Origin: an uncultured Acidobacteriota bacterium
GTDB taxonomy: Bacteria > Acidobacteriota > Terriglobia > Terriglobales > Acidobacteriaceae
Assembly: GCA_963838905.1 (NCBI GenBank)
Contig: CAWITE010000012.1
Location: forward strand, 133,650 to 173,649
Direction: 5' to 3'
DNA: 40,000 nt
Shown: in pieces, positions 1 through 10,193 of the stretch
Position numbering within the stretch: position 1 is the first letter of the stretch
Layout: each line of letters opens with the position of its first letter
Translations under genes and position numbers: made by a program
The notes under the pieces: generated by a model
The model's database searches: none
The model's input: the letters and a program-made list of their open reading frames with translations, nothing else
Told to the model about the DNA's origin: nothing

Positions 1-514
1 GGGCCGGGTAGTAGTCCTGGCAACCGGTGGGAACAGCGATGATTTGCGCCTCGACGTTCTGCGCAATCACCCGCATTTGTTCGAGGGTGAGATTGCGCTC
101 GGTGAAACGCGCTAGCGCTGAGGTTGCGGCGATCATCAAAGCGGAAGATCCGGAGATGCCGGCGCCGGCGGGAGACTCGGAATCGGTTTCGATCAACAAT
201 CCTTCTCTTGGGGCGAAGAATTGCAGCAGGCGCGCTGCCAGGGGAAGCCGAAAACGTCGCGCAACACGCAAGGCATCGAAGCTGGGGAAGAATTCTTCTT
301 TTCTGGTGTCGAGCGATCGAAGATGAATGCGTTTTCCTTTAAGGGGCGTGATGCGGCAGGTGGTCTGGATGTTGAGAGCAAAATTCAAAGTCAGTGCGCC
401 GGGATGAAACAGGTAGAGCGGCCACAGGTCGAGAGTTCCGCCCGCCAAGTCGGCCCGGCAGGGCGCCTGGGCGACAATGGTTCGGCTGCTGCTAATGTCG
501 GGTGGTTTTGGCAT
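1..514 (-). CDS. GHMP-family (sugar) kinase, N-terminal part; the gene continues past the window start
   Basis: Absent from the ORF track because it runs off the edge. My translation from the ATG (complement of 512-514) gives MPKPPDISSSRTIVAQAPCRADLAGGTLDLWPLYLF...ETDSESPAGAGISGSSALMIAATSALA...VPTGCQDYYPA. PxGxGxxSS is the GHMP kinase ATP-binding motif, and GGTLDLWP and QDYYPA are typical of heptose/fucose-type GHMP kinases. Confidence 0.7.
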   Translation of the reverse strand, partial: MPKPPDISSSRTIVAQAPCRADLAGGTLDLWPLYLFHPGALTLNFALNIQTTCRITPLKGKRIHLRSLDTRKEEFFPSFDALRVARRFRLPLAARLLQFFAPREGLLIETDSESPAGAGISGSSALMIAATSALARFTERNLTLEQMRVIAQNVEAQIIAVPTGCQDYYPA

Positions 515-621
515 GCAGTGTTTGTATCACAGAGATGGCGGCTGTCCCGAGGGCGTTTTCGCTGCATGGAAGCCGGGCGTCCTCGCCGGGCTGGACGGAC
601 GAGGACGCTCTTCCTCCATAG

Positions 622-2043
622 TTATCGCAGCGAAAGGTCTTTTGCCGCCGTCAGGACCTCAGGGATCACGCTGTCGACATCCGCTTCTGTGGTGCGGTGG
701 TTTACGATGCAGGCCCGCAGGCAGAATTTGCCGCGCAAGGTTGCGTTGGACAGATAGACGTGGCCGCGCTGCACGACGCGCTTGAGGATGTCGGCGTTTT
801 GGCGATTGAGTTCGTCTTCTATTAACGGGTTCACGCCGACGTGGCGAAAGCAGATTGCACTGAGTTCTACTGGCGCCATCAACTCCAGCTTTGGTTGATT
901 CGCAATGGCGCTGGCCAGGCGTTGCGCAAGATCCAAGTCCTTTTGGATGGCCGCGCGAAATGCCTTTAGTCCGTGATAGCGAAGCGAGATCCAAAGTCTC
1001 AGGGCGCGGAAGCGGCGCGAGAGTTCCAGAGATTCTTCAAAGAAAGCGAATCCCTCAACTGGATCGTTGGTCAGCGTCTTGGCATATTCCCCTGTGAGTG
1101 CGAATGCGGCATGTGCAGCATTCACGTCGCGATACAGCAGACAGCCACAGTCCAGCGGCTGATAAAGCCATTTATGCGGATCGAGGGAAAGTGAATCGGC
1201 GAGTTCGATGCTCGCGAATTTGCCCGGCGAAGCGATCGCGGCTAGTGTACCGTAGGCACCATCGATGTGCATCCAGAGGCTGTGACGGCGGGCGATCGCC
1301 GCAATTTCCGGAAGCGGGTCGATCGCTCCCGTGTTGACCGTGCCGGCAGATGCGATTACGGCGATTGGGATCTTCCCTTCTTTTTTGTCTTGCTCGATGG
1401 CCTGCTCTAGTTCTGCTGGGATGAGGCGGAAGTCGTGGTCCGTTGGAATGAGTTTGAGGTTTTTCCTGCCAATTCCGAGGAGCGCGATGCTCTTCGGGAT
1501 CGACATGTGAACTTCTTCCGAAGCGTAGACCACGACCTGGGGGGCGCTGCGAAGGCCGGTTTCATTCGCAGGGATTTTCGCTTCGCGGGCCATGGCGAGG
1601 GCCATCAGGTTGGCGGAGGAGCCTCCGCCGGTTAGGCTGCCGCGGAAGCCGGGGCAGCCGATTGCCTGCGCGAGCCAACCGACAACCGTACGCTCGATAG
1701 TGACGGCTGCGGGGCCGGAGCGCCACGCCGTGACGTTCTGATTCAAGACGCTTGCCAGCAGGTCGGCGACCGCCGCCACGGGTTCGCCGGAGCCGAGGAC
1801 GTATCCGAAGAAGCGGGCGTTTTGGGCGCGAGAGTGGGTGATCACTTGTTGCAGGGGAGTGAGGGCTTCTTCGCCTATTCCCTCTTCACTGAGAGGCGTG
1901 TGGAACAAACGCTGCGACTGTTCGCCACTCGTCGAGGGAAATATTGGACGCGAGTCCAGCTCGCGAAGATAATCGGCGGTGAGCTGTGTGACCTTTTCTG
2001 CCAGGTGGCGAAACTCATCCGGCGAAATCTCCAGGGATTTCAT
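622..2043 (-). CDS. PLP-dependent (group II) amino-acid decarboxylase, aromatic-L-amino-acid/tyrosine decarboxylase-like
   Basis: 473-aa ORF with a SLDPHKWLYQPLDCG block (PLP-lysine HK motif) and GGSSANLMALAMAR. Length and layout are typical of the family. Confidence 0.85.
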   Translation of the reverse strand: MKSLEISPDEFRHLAEKVTQLTADYLRELDSRPIFPSTSGEQSQRLFHTPLSEEGIGEEALTPLQQVITHSRAQNARFFGYVLGSGEPVAAVADLLASVLNQNVTAWRSGPAAVTIERTVVGWLAQAIGCPGFRGSLTGGGSSANLMALAMAREAKIPANETGLRSAPQVVVYASEEVHMSIPKSIALLGIGRKNLKLIPTDHDFRLIPAELEQAIEQDKKEGKIPIAVIASAGTVNTGAIDPLPEIAAIARRHSLWMHIDGAYGTLAAIASPGKFASIELADSLSLDPHKWLYQPLDCGCLLYRDVNAAHAAFALTGEYAKTLTNDPVEGFAFFEESLELSRRFRALRLWISLRYHGLKAFRAAIQKDLDLAQRLASAIANQPKLELMAPVELSAICFRHVGVNPLIEDELNRQNADILKRVVQRGHVYLSNATLRGKFCLRACIVNHRTTEADVDSVIPEVLTAAKDLSLR

Positions 2044-2184
2044 GATAAGGGATTGTATTTCAAAGCAGTGTAGGCGCGGGCCTCCTCGCCGTGCCTGCGA
2101 ATCAGAATCCTCAGGGAAACTGCTGTCGAGCTTCGCTCGACTGGACAGCCGGGGGCGGCGGTCCCCACGTGTGCTGCGTTGATA

Positions 2185-2745
2185 TCAGGAGAGATTCAGC
2201 GCGCGTTTGATGGTGCCGCGCTCTTTCTGAATTTTTTCTTGCAGAAGAGTGATGGCGTAAATCAACTGCTCTGGTCGCGGTGGGCAGCCGGGAACATATA
2301 CATCGACGGGAATGACCTGGTTCACGCTTTGCACCAGAGCGTAATTGTTGAAAACGCCGCCCGAGGTTGCGCACGCCCCCATTGAGATCACCCACTTGGG
2401 TTCGGGCATCTGCTCCCAAAGCTGACGGATGACTGGCGCCATTTTGTTGGAGACGCGGCCGGCGATGATGATGAGGTCGGATTGCCGCGGCGAGGGCCGA
2501 AACACTTCAGCGCCGAAGCGCGCAATGTCGAAGCGCGACGCGCCCATGGACATCATTTCGATCGCGCAGCACGCCAGACCGAAGGTCATCGGCCAAATGG
2601 AATTCTTGCGCATCCAGTTGACCGCATTGTCCATCGTGGTCAGCACCACCCCTTCGGGTGTGGGATTTCCGTAAGTAAGGTCTTTGACGACGCGTTTGCC
2701 GTCTTCAATCGTGACGTAGGGGCCGAAGTTGAGATCGTCGGACAT
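2185..2745 (-). CDS. nuoB: NADH-quinone oxidoreductase subunit B (20-kDa/PSST subunit)
   Basis: Motifs [24 protein letters not shown] and VPGCPPRPE (the N2 cluster cysteines). I trimmed the 286-aa track ORF to the internal ATG at 2745 ([10 protein letters not shown]...), because the upstream 100 aa has no NuoB-like sequence. Confidence 0.85.
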   Translation of the reverse strand: MSDDLNFGPYVTIEDGKRVVKDLTYGNPTPEGVVLTTMDNAVNWMRKNSIWPMTFGLACCAIEMMSMGASRFDIARFGAEVFRPSPRQSDLIIIAGRVSNKMAPVIRQLWEQMPEPKWVISMGACATSGGVFNNYALVQSVNQVIPVDVYVPGCPPRPEQLIYAITLLQEKIQKERGTIKRALNLS

Positions 2746-2938
2746 TGTTTGTATTTTACCTGCCGGTGTCAGCGGTGTCCAAACGCGAGACTGGCGTAAA
2801 GCCACAGTTGCGTCAGGACCCGCATTGCTTCGAAATGCACTTGACAAAGCGAATCCATGGGGTAAGACTTGCCCCGTATTTCCCCTCGGATTTTGGGTCC
2901 CCGTCAGCGTCTTGCAATTACACCGTGAAGGCCAAGGA

Positions 2939-4324
2939 ATGCCCGCACTCGTCACGGTGGAACCACTTGCGGGCGCCGATTTGAGGAGGTATATCGTGCG
3001 GATAAAGCTACCCAAAACGAGAGCGAGGCTGGCTGGTCCCGGCACTCGGCTCTATGCTGAACCGAAGCCCAGCCCGGATGAGACTTCTTTCCAGATAGAC
3101 AACACCAGTTCCCAATATTACAACTCGCCGTACTACTCAGCGCATAAAGACCAGGTGCAAACTGTCCCGGCTCCGCAAAGCGGCGTGCCGCCCTATCTTG
3201 ATCTGCAGGATTTTATCCCCAGCGAAGTTCTCGACGCCATCAATGCGACCAAGAAGATTACATTTCACGCTGTAGGCGACACGGGCGCGGCCAAGGGAGT
3301 ACCCGCAACCGCCATCGCGCATGAGGGAGGAGTTGCGGACGCCATGGTAGCCGATGTGCAGTCTGGAGGCGTGAATGGCCCGGCATTCTTCTTCAACCTG
3401 GGCGACGTAATCTACAACTTCGGCGAAGCGCAATATTATTACGACCAATTCTACGAACCCTTCCGCGATTACGACCGTCCCATCTTCGCCATTCCCGGCA
3501 ATCACGATGGCATGGTTTTTGGCTCGACTTCGGCTACTCCGCAAGTTCCCACGCTCGAGGCTTTCCTCAGAAATTTTTGTGCCGACGCTCCCGGACCTTC
3601 GCCAAATTCCGGCGGCCTGGTACGCACCGTCATGACGCAGCCGGGAGTTTATTTCACGCTGGACGCTCCGTACGTCTCGATCATCGGAGTCTATAGCAAC
3701 GTGCTGGATTCGGGAGCGGGAGTCATTTCTTCTCAAGGTGGCAAGTTCCCTGTGGTTGGAAACGCCCAACTGGCTTTCCTGCAAAGCGAACTCAAGCGCC
3801 TGAAGGCGGACCGCCAAGCCGGGAATCGGGCCATCATTATCGCGGTTCACCATCCGCCAGCTTCGGTGGACGCCAAGCACGGCGGCTCCGTCGGCATCGA
3901 GAAAGATCTCGATAGCTGCTGTCAGGCCGCGGGGTTGTGGCCGGATGTAGTCCTTTCCGGACATGCGCACCTGTACCAGCGCTTCACTCGCGTGGTGAAC
4001 GGCAAGCAGGTTCCCTATATAGTTTCCGGTTCTGGAGGTTACGCAGCCACGCCGCCGCAAGGAGCGGCTCCCAAAGCGCCGTACACGATTGGCGATACCA
4101 CACTCGAGGTCGACCCTATTGTGGAATTTGGTTATCTGACAATCACAACCGATGCCAAAACGCTCTCAGTGACGTTTAAGACTGCGGCGAAGGGCGTCGT
4201 GATGGTGAGAGATTCCGTGAACCTGGACCTGACACAAGGACAGATCCTCTCTGGAAGTCACGCACCCAGTGGAGGAGGCAGCAAACCGAGACCGGTTCCT
4301 TCGAAGAAGGGAAAGAAGAAATAG
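2939..4324 (+). CDS. Calcineurin-like metallophosphoesterase
   Basis: Ordered metallophosphoesterase motifs: [30 protein letters not shown]. Start chosen at ATG 2939, which is preceded by AAGGA. The track ORF start at 2729 would overlap the nuoB start, so the start remains uncertain. Confidence 0.75.
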   Translation: MPALVTVEPLAGADLRRYIVRIKLPKTRARLAGPGTRLYAEPKPSPDETSFQIDNTSSQYYNSPYYSAHKDQVQTVPAPQSGVPPYLDLQDFIPSEVLDAINATKKITFHAVGDTGAAKGVPATAIAHEGGVADAMVADVQSGGVNGPAFFFNLGDVIYNFGEAQYYYDQFYEPFRDYDRPIFAIPGNHDGMVFGSTSATPQVPTLEAFLRNFCADAPGPSPNSGGLVRTVMTQPGVYFTLDAPYVSIIGVYSNVLDSGAGVISSQGGKFPVVGNAQLAFLQSELKRLKADRQAGNRAIIIAVHHPPASVDAKHGGSVGIEKDLDSCCQAAGLWPDVVLSGHAHLYQRFTRVVNGKQVPYIVSGSGGYAATPPQGAAPKAPYTIGDTTLEVDPIVEFGYLTITTDAKTLSVTFKTAAKGVVMVRDSVNLDLTQGQILSGSHAPSGGGSKPRPVPSKKGKKK

Positions 4325-4330
4325 GTAGAG

Positions 4331-5353
4331 TTACGGATTCAGCACGATTTTGCCAAACATCTGACTCGTTTCCATATACTCGTGGGCCGCCCGAGCATCT
4401 TGTAACCGGAACGTACGGTCCACGACTGGTTTCAAGCGACCGGCAAAGACGTGGTTCAGCACGTCGTGCAATTCACTCATCGTGCCCATATAAGAGCCCA
4501 GGAAATTGAGTTGGCGGGAAAACAGAAAACGTAAGTCGAATGCCGCATTGTGACCAGTAGTCGCGCCGCAGGTAACAATCGTTCCTCCTGGCTTGAGCGA
4601 TTTCATACTGTCATCCCAGGTCGCGGCGCCAACGTGTTCGACCACAACGTCCACACCCTCTTTGTCGGTAATCTTCCGCACTTCCTGCGAGATCTTCTGC
4701 TTGTAATGATCAATGCCATAATCCGCGCCCAGCGTCCGGGCTTTCTCCAGCTTCTTTTCGCCGCCTGCAGTGGTGATCACGCGGGCGTGAAAAAGCTTCG
4801 CAATCTGAATCGCGGCGATGCCAACGCCAGAACCAGCGCCGAGAACCAGCACGGTCTGGCCGAGACGAATGCCTGCGCGGCCGACCAGCATGTGCCAGGC
4901 GGTGAGGAATACCAAGGGGACGCTGGCGGCATGGTTGAAATCCAGACTGTCAGGGATCGGAATCACGTTCACTGCAGGGATTTCGATCAATTCGCAGTAT
5001 CCGCCATCGACTCCGTTGCCCAGCGCCGTAAACTCGCGGCACTGATTCTGAAGTCCGGCAACGCACTTGGCACAATGATTGCAGAAATGCATCGGAGCCA
5101 AGAGCACCCGCTGCCCGGGTTTGAAGCCAGTAAGATAATCGCCCACTGCCACGATCTCGCCCGCGATGTCGCTGCCCAGAATGTGCGGCAGGTTTACTCC
5201 GGGAAGTCCTTTGCGCACCCAGATATCGAGATGGTTCATGGCGCAAGCTTTGACCCGGACCAAAACCTGGTCCTTGCGGGGCTGCGGGTCGGGAACGTCC
5301 TCGTAGCGAAGAACCTCCGGACCTCCGAATTCGTGGATGCGAACGGCTTTCAT
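4331..5353 (-). CDS. Zinc-type alcohol dehydrogenase / quinone oxidoreductase (MDR superfamily)
   Basis: MKAVRIHEFGGPEVLRYEDVPDP start, GSDIAGEIVAVG, CNHCAKCVAG (structural zinc loop) and VLGAGSGVGIAAIQIAK (Rossmann fold). Trimmed to ATG 5353. Confidence 0.85.
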   Translation of the reverse strand: MKAVRIHEFGGPEVLRYEDVPDPQPRKDQVLVRVKACAMNHLDIWVRKGLPGVNLPHILGSDIAGEIVAVGDYLTGFKPGQRVLLAPMHFCNHCAKCVAGLQNQCREFTALGNGVDGGYCELIEIPAVNVIPIPDSLDFNHAASVPLVFLTAWHMLVGRAGIRLGQTVLVLGAGSGVGIAAIQIAKLFHARVITTAGGEKKLEKARTLGADYGIDHYKQKISQEVRKITDKEGVDVVVEHVGAATWDDSMKSLKPGGTIVTCGATTGHNAAFDLRFLFSRQLNFLGSYMGTMSELHDVLNHVFAGRLKPVVDRTFRLQDARAAHEYMETSQMFGKIVLNP

Positions 5354-5470
5354 GCGAGTCGGCTCCTTGCGAGTCAAACCTAACATAAATCCTAGATTCA
5401 ATTCCCCGTTTTTGACGCGTATGTTGCCTCCATTGACTTGTTCCGACGACCCACGAATAATCAAGCTTGG

Positions 5471-6343
5471 ATGGACATCTACGAGGAAATCGTTAAGCTT
5501 CGGCAGGAGGGCCGCCGTGGCGCCGTGGCCACCATCGTCAACGTGCGCGGGTCGATCCCCTCTTTCGAGACCGCGAAAATGCTGGTGCGAGACGATGGCT
5601 CCATTGCCGGCACAATCGGCGGGGGCTGTGTCGAGGCCGACGTCTGGCAAGCCGCCCGCGAGGTCATGGAGAGTGAGAAGCCGCGCAGTCTGACCTTCAA
5701 TCTCAATCAGGATCCCAAGTACGATACCGGCCTCGTTTGCGGCGGAACACTAGACATTTTCATCGAGCCCGTATTACCTCCAGCGTTACTTTATATTTTC
5801 GGCGCAGGCCATGTCTCTGTTAGCCTTTACAAGGTTGCGAGAGGGGCAGGTTTTGATGTCACAGTCGTCGACGACCGGGAAGCCTATGCCAGTCGGGAAC
5901 GCTTCCCCGAGGCGAAGGAAGTAATTGCGGAAGACTTCGAGCAGGCCATGATCCGGCTCACACCGAATGAGTCGTCATATATCGTGATCGTCACTCGCGG
6001 GCACCGCGACGATATGCGCGTCCTTCGCTGGGCCGTGCAATCCCAAGCGAGGTACATTGGCATGATCGGTTCCAGGCGCAAGACGATTACAATCTTCCGC
6101 GAACTGACGAAGGAAGGCATTTCCGCGCAACTTTTCGAGCGTGTCCACGCGCCCGTTGGCTTGGACATCGGCGCCATTACCCCAGAAGAGATTGCAGTAG
6201 CCATCACTGCGGAACTGATTGCCGTCCGCCGCCGCGCCGAGGGAGCCTTGCCGCACATGAGCTGGTTCAAGGGCCGTGCAAGTGAACCGGACACGGACGA
6301 TGCTGCAACCGCGGCTCACGAAGAAAACGAGAGCCGTCGCTGA
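5471..6343 (+). CDS. XdhC/CoxI-family molybdoenzyme maturation protein
   Basis: MDIYEEIVKLRQEGRRGAVATIVNVRGSIP..., GGCVEADV, LYIFGAGHVS and GLDIGAITPEEIAVAI are characteristic of XdhC. Start trimmed to ATG 5471. Confidence 0.8.
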   Translation: MDIYEEIVKLRQEGRRGAVATIVNVRGSIPSFETAKMLVRDDGSIAGTIGGGCVEADVWQAAREVMESEKPRSLTFNLNQDPKYDTGLVCGGTLDIFIEPVLPPALLYIFGAGHVSVSLYKVARGAGFDVTVVDDREAYASRERFPEAKEVIAEDFEQAMIRLTPNESSYIVIVTRGHRDDMRVLRWAVQSQARYIGMIGSRRKTITIFRELTKEGISAQLFERVHAPVGLDIGAITPEEIAVAITAELIAVRRRAEGALPHMSWFKGRASEPDTDDAATAAHEENESRR

Positions 6344-6429
6344 CTTCTTGCTTCTGCTTTGGGTTGGCCTTTCAATCGCCAATCGGAAATTGACAATCGA
6401 AGTCCCTTCCTTTCTGCTATCTTCGGCTC

Positions 6430-7056
6430 ATGCCTCGCGCGCCTGACCTCTACGCTGTGATCCTTGCCGCTGGCGAGTCCACGCGCATGGGCACGGACAA
6501 GGCGCTGCTGCCTTGGCCGCCGGCTACGCCCGGCTCTCTGGCTGCCGGCCAAACTTTTCTTTCTGCCGCCATCCAGGCTCTCTATCCTTTTAGCGACAAG
6601 GTAATTGTGGTGGTCGGCAAGAACGAGAACAACCTGGGCCCAGTGGTATATGCCAACGGGGCATCGCTAGTACGCAATCCCGACGCCGAACGGGGACAGT
6701 TCAGTTCACTTCAAGTTGGCCTGCAGGAAGTCCTGAATGACGGTCGCGACGCCGCCATGGTCACCTTAGTAGATCGGCCGCCGGCGAGGGCAGCAACATT
6801 GCAGACTCTGTGCTCCGCCTTCGCCGATGCTGGGAACGATGTGTGGGCGGTTGTCCCGGAATACAACCGAAAACATGGACACCCTTTTCTGGTGGCGAGA
6901 GAGATGATCGAAGCTTTTTTGAAGGCTCCCCCGAGTGCAAACGCACGGGACATCGAACACCAGAACCTGCGGCACATTTCTTATGTTGTCGTGGACGATC
7001 CGCTGGTCACCTTGAATGTCGACACGCCCCAGGAGTATGCGGCATTATCTCAGTAG
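6430..7056 (+). CDS. MobA-like NTP transferase, probable molybdenum cofactor cytidylyltransferase (MocA-like)
   Basis: AVILAAGESTRMGTDKALLPW nucleotide-binding motif. About 200 aa, directly downstream of XdhC, which is a common pairing. Confidence 0.75.
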   Translation: MPRAPDLYAVILAAGESTRMGTDKALLPWPPATPGSLAAGQTFLSAAIQALYPFSDKVIVVVGKNENNLGPVVYANGASLVRNPDAERGQFSSLQVGLQEVLNDGRDAAMVTLVDRPPARAATLQTLCSAFADAGNDVWAVVPEYNRKHGHPFLVAREMIEAFLKAPPSANARDIEHQNLRHISYVVVDDPLVTLNVDTPQEYAALSQ

Positions 7057-7074
7057 CCCACGCATTCCTTAGAC

Positions 7075-7833
7075 ATGGACAAAACACACGTGACCCCGAC
7101 GACAACGCTCAAGTCCGCTGATTTTCTTGATTCGGTTCTTCGTCTTCAACCTCAACTTGCCGTCTTCGATTGCGATGGCACGCTGTGGGCAGGCGATGCC
7201 GGCGAGCACTTTTTCGACTGGGAGCTCAGGCGAGGCCTGCTTCCCGATGACGTCGCTCGCTGGGCGCGCGCGCGTTACGCCGACTACAAAGCAGGAAAGG
7301 TCAGCGAAGACCAGATGTGCGGCGAAATGGTGACTATTCACAGCGGGCTTGCCGAGTCCGAAGTGTTAGGTGCTGCTAAACAATTCTTTGATGAGAACTT
7401 CGTGAACCAGATCTTTCCCGAGATGCGAGAACTGATTCGCCGGCTGCAGAGCTCGGGTTGCGAAGTGTGGGCCGTCTCGTCCACCAATGAGTGGGTGATT
7501 CGAGCAGCCATGAAGTATTTTGGGATCGATGAGAAAAAGATTCTAGCCGCCTCGGTAGAGATCGACGCCGGACGCGTCACCGACCACTTGATTCGCATAC
7601 CGTCCGGAGAAGGCAAGCCGCGAGCGATACGCGACGTGATCGGAAAACACCCCGACGCGGCGTTCGGCAACTCCCGCTGGGATGCCGACATGCTTGCGAT
7701 TGCCCGCCACGGGTTCGCCGTGAATCCGAACCCCGACCTGGAGAAGAGAGCGCGCGAAAGCGGATGGACCATTTATTGGCCCGTTTTAGAGAACCAGGTT
7801 GACCGGAAAGAAGATAACCACAAAGGACACTAA
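7075..7833 (+). CDS. HAD-IB family hydrolase (phosphoserine-phosphatase-like)
   Basis: HAD motif I AVFDCDGTLW, motif II VSSTN and a distal GNSRWDADML acidic motif. Confidence 0.75.
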   Translation: MDKTHVTPTTTLKSADFLDSVLRLQPQLAVFDCDGTLWAGDAGEHFFDWELRRGLLPDDVARWARARYADYKAGKVSEDQMCGEMVTIHSGLAESEVLGAAKQFFDENFVNQIFPEMRELIRRLQSSGCEVWAVSSTNEWVIRAAMKYFGIDEKKILAASVEIDAGRVTDHLIRIPSGEGKPRAIRDVIGKHPDAAFGNSRWDADMLAIARHGFAVNPNPDLEKRARESGWTIYWPVLENQVDRKEDNHKGH

Positions 7834-7880
7834 GTAACACGAAGGGATTAAGCATCGGTGGTCATCCGAGAAATCCGTGG

Positions 7881-8240
7881 TTAACTCTTGAATTGCTTCA
7901 GCACCGCCGCAAGCGCATCCATGGCCAGATGGCTGGCGTGCGCAGAGGCTTCTGGCAGACCGCCGACGGCCTGCACAATTTCTTCGCGTCTCAAACCGCG
8001 GGCTGCCTCCAGCGTTATGCCGCAAACCAACTCCGTAAGCGCGGACCCGCAAGCCATGGCAGGAACGCATCCTTTCGCAAGAAAGCGGATTTCGGCGATG
8101 TGACCTTTGGCAACCTTCAAGCTCAATTGTAAAATGTCGCCGCAAGCGGGATTCACCACTTGCGCGGTTGCGTCGGCGTGGGCTACTTCGCCCGGGTTGC
8201 GGGGATGCTCGAAGTGATCGAGAAGCTGCCGAGAATACAT
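7881..8240 (-). CDS. Iron-sulfur cluster assembly scaffold, NifU N-terminal/IscU-like
   Basis: MYSRQLLDHFEHPRNPGEV..., NPACGD, GCVPAMACGSAL; three conserved scaffold cysteines; 119 aa. Confidence 0.8.
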   Translation of the reverse strand: MYSRQLLDHFEHPRNPGEVAHADATAQVVNPACGDILQLSLKVAKGHIAEIRFLAKGCVPAMACGSALTELVCGITLEAARGLRREEIVQAVGGLPEASAHASHLAMDALAAVLKQFKS

Positions 8241-8427
8241 CTAAAGAATTGTAACGTGCTGCGCTGGAAATCAACGATCAGGCTATCGACCATTCATCTC
8301 CAGGATTTTCCACAACCTCCCGGGCTAAGATGCATTAGCCAGAGTCATCTCTCTTGGAAACTTATGTCGCAGTGAACATTTCGAATCGTTGCGCCTTCAT
8401 CGTTCCTCTCAGAACGTTGGCCCGCCC

Positions 8428-8820
8428 ATGAAGCGTGTCGTCGCAGCGTTAATCTTCAAGGACGGAAAAGTGTTGGTGTGCCAGCGCACCCGTCATCAGA
8501 CCATGCCTTTGAAATGGGAGTTCCCAGGCGGCAAGATTGAAGAAGGAGAACAGCCACGGGCTGCGCTTCACCGCGAATTGGATGAAGAACTTGGAATCGA
8601 CGCCAAGATAGGCGAAGAGGTGTCGCGCATCGTCCACGAGTATCCGGGCGGAGGTTCGGTCGAGCTGCGCTTCTTCGTTGTGCACGAATACCATGGAAAA
8701 ATTGAAAACAGGATCTTTCGCGATGTTCGGTGGTCCCTGCGGTCGGAATTGCCGTCATACGATTTCCTCGAAGCAGATCTTAAGTTAGTCCGGGATCTGG
8801 CCGACGGGAAGATCGTGTAG
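8428..8820 (+). CDS. NUDIX hydrolase, MutT-like (8-oxo-dGTP diphosphatase type)
   Basis: Nudix box WEFPGGKIEEGEQPRAALHRELDEELGI. Start trimmed to ATG 8428 (MKRVVAALIF). Confidence 0.85.
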   Translation: MKRVVAALIFKDGKVLVCQRTRHQTMPLKWEFPGGKIEEGEQPRAALHRELDEELGIDAKIGEEVSRIVHEYPGGGSVELRFFVVHEYHGKIENRIFRDVRWSLRSELPSYDFLEADLKLVRDLADGKIV

Positions 8821-8825
8821 CGCAT

Positions 8826-9944
8826 TTACTCTTTCTTTTCGCTCCCCGTTTCTTGCGCGCGAAGGCACGCGCGAAGATACGCCTCAACTTCTCTCCTACC
8901 CGCGTGTTTTGCCCAATCGGCCGGAGTAGCATGCCAGAGGATGTCCTTCAAATCCAATCTTGCACCGCGCTCTACAAACAGGCGGACTAGTTCTTCACGG
9001 CCGGCCCCGGCAGCCTGGTGCAACAGTGTCGTATGCGAATGGCCCCCGACCGGGTTGTATCGGTTTGGATCTTCGCCCGCGTCAAGCAACAATCGAACAA
9101 TCTCTACGTGACCAAATTGCGATGCCAAGGTAAGTGCCTGATGGCGGTCCTCACCGCCGGCAGTTGGAAGTAATCGGCTGGCATCCTCGATCCGTCCCAG
9201 AGCTGCTGCTACAGGCAAATCGATCCCAGCGCCGCGCCCTAACAGAGCGCTGACCGCTTCGAGCTCGCCGTGCAGGGCTGCTGCTTGTATGGCAGCGTTG
9301 GGGTTCGCTCGGCGATCACACAGGAGATCGATTAACGGACGTTGCACGCGACATTCACGCGCCACACTGCCAGTGCAAACGAGCATCAGTGTTTCGTTCA
9401 GCGCGCACTGTTCCACGCCAGCATCGAGAATGACCATGGCCACCTCAACAATGTTGTCAGGCAGCCTCCCGTAGCGAACCGGATTCTCCGCCACAAACTC
9501 CAACAGCGTCGGATTCCGAAAATAGTTCCCGCCTTCGAATACGACGTGCTGATGCACCAGATTCGGGTGCTGGTGTAGGTAGGCACGCAACCCTGCTACT
9601 TCGCCTGCATCGAGAAGATCCACGGCGCGCCGAAACATGGCGTCTTCAATGCGTTCATGGTGAGGCAAATTCAATTGGTCAGACAGCGTTGGTCTTTCGA
9701 TATGCTTTTTCAGTCTCGTCCAGCTCGGAAATCCATACTCGCGAGCGATTGTGAGCTGCGCGTCACTGAGGCGCGGCTGGGCCTCGAAGATTTCAGCGTC
9801 CGTGGCCTGACGAAAGCGCGGATGAAATTCCCTGATCCGCTGCGCCACTCCTGGATTGCGGGCAGCATGTCCCTTTAGCAAGTCTTTCGCTTGATATCTC
9901 AAATGCTCGAGGTTGGGATTCGATGGGAAGCGTTTTACCGGCAT
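8826..9944 (-). CDS. Ankyrin-repeat protein
   Basis: Several ANK-like units (LHGELEAVSALLGRGAGIDL, GHVEIVRLLLDAGEDPN, TLLHQAAGAGREELVRLFVERGARLDLKD). Confidence 0.75.
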   Translation of the reverse strand: MPVKRFPSNPNLEHLRYQAKDLLKGHAARNPGVAQRIREFHPRFRQATDAEIFEAQPRLSDAQLTIAREYGFPSWTRLKKHIERPTLSDQLNLPHHERIEDAMFRRAVDLLDAGEVAGLRAYLHQHPNLVHQHVVFEGGNYFRNPTLLEFVAENPVRYGRLPDNIVEVAMVILDAGVEQCALNETLMLVCTGSVARECRVQRPLIDLLCDRRANPNAAIQAAALHGELEAVSALLGRGAGIDLPVAAALGRIEDASRLLPTAGGEDRHQALTLASQFGHVEIVRLLLDAGEDPNRYNPVGGHSHTTLLHQAAGAGREELVRLFVERGARLDLKDILWHATPADWAKHAGRREVEAYLRACLRAQETGSEKKE

Positions 9945-10140
9945 GATGAACTTCCTTTCATACGCCCGAGGTCCGCATTTACGGGCAGAAAGTCAGTTCG
10001 TGAAAACGAATTGTTGCGATCAGGTGGACTTCTGTCCTTTCCGCGGACCGGATGCGCCCTTTACGCTCCGCCGATCTTATCACGACGTTAGCCGATAGGC
10101 TTTGGGTTGTTTAAACGTCCGCATGCCAGGCTGCTCAACG

Positions 10141-10175
10141 AAAAGCCCTGACTCTGCGTGGCAGGATCAGGGCTG
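10141..10175 (-). terminator. Rho-independent terminator candidate downstream of the 10194-10520 gene
   Basis: On the minus strand, AGCCCTGA (10167-10174) pairs with TCAGGGCT (10144-10151) around a 15-nt loop, followed by TTTT (complement of 10141-10144). Confidence 0.55.
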
Positions 10176-10193
10176 GTTGGTTTGCGATTTCGT

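Noticed and set aside
2746-3045. 100-aa N-terminal extension of NuoB in the track ORF
   Set aside because: It has no NuoB-like sequence and low-complexity composition. The conserved protein begins at the internal ATG (2745).
3137-4060. 307-aa minus-strand ORF inside the metallophosphoesterase gene
   Set aside because: It is an antisense shadow. The plus strand carries the complete ordered metallophosphoesterase motif set.
4550-5383. 277-aa plus-strand ORF inside the MDR dehydrogenase gene
   Set aside because: It is an antisense shadow with no motifs, and the minus strand has clear ADH/quinone-oxidoreductase motifs.
5354-5650. 99-aa N-terminal extension of the MDR dehydrogenase ORF
   Set aside because: The family start MKAVRIHEFGGPEVL is internal. 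The extension also overlaps the divergent XdhC start region.
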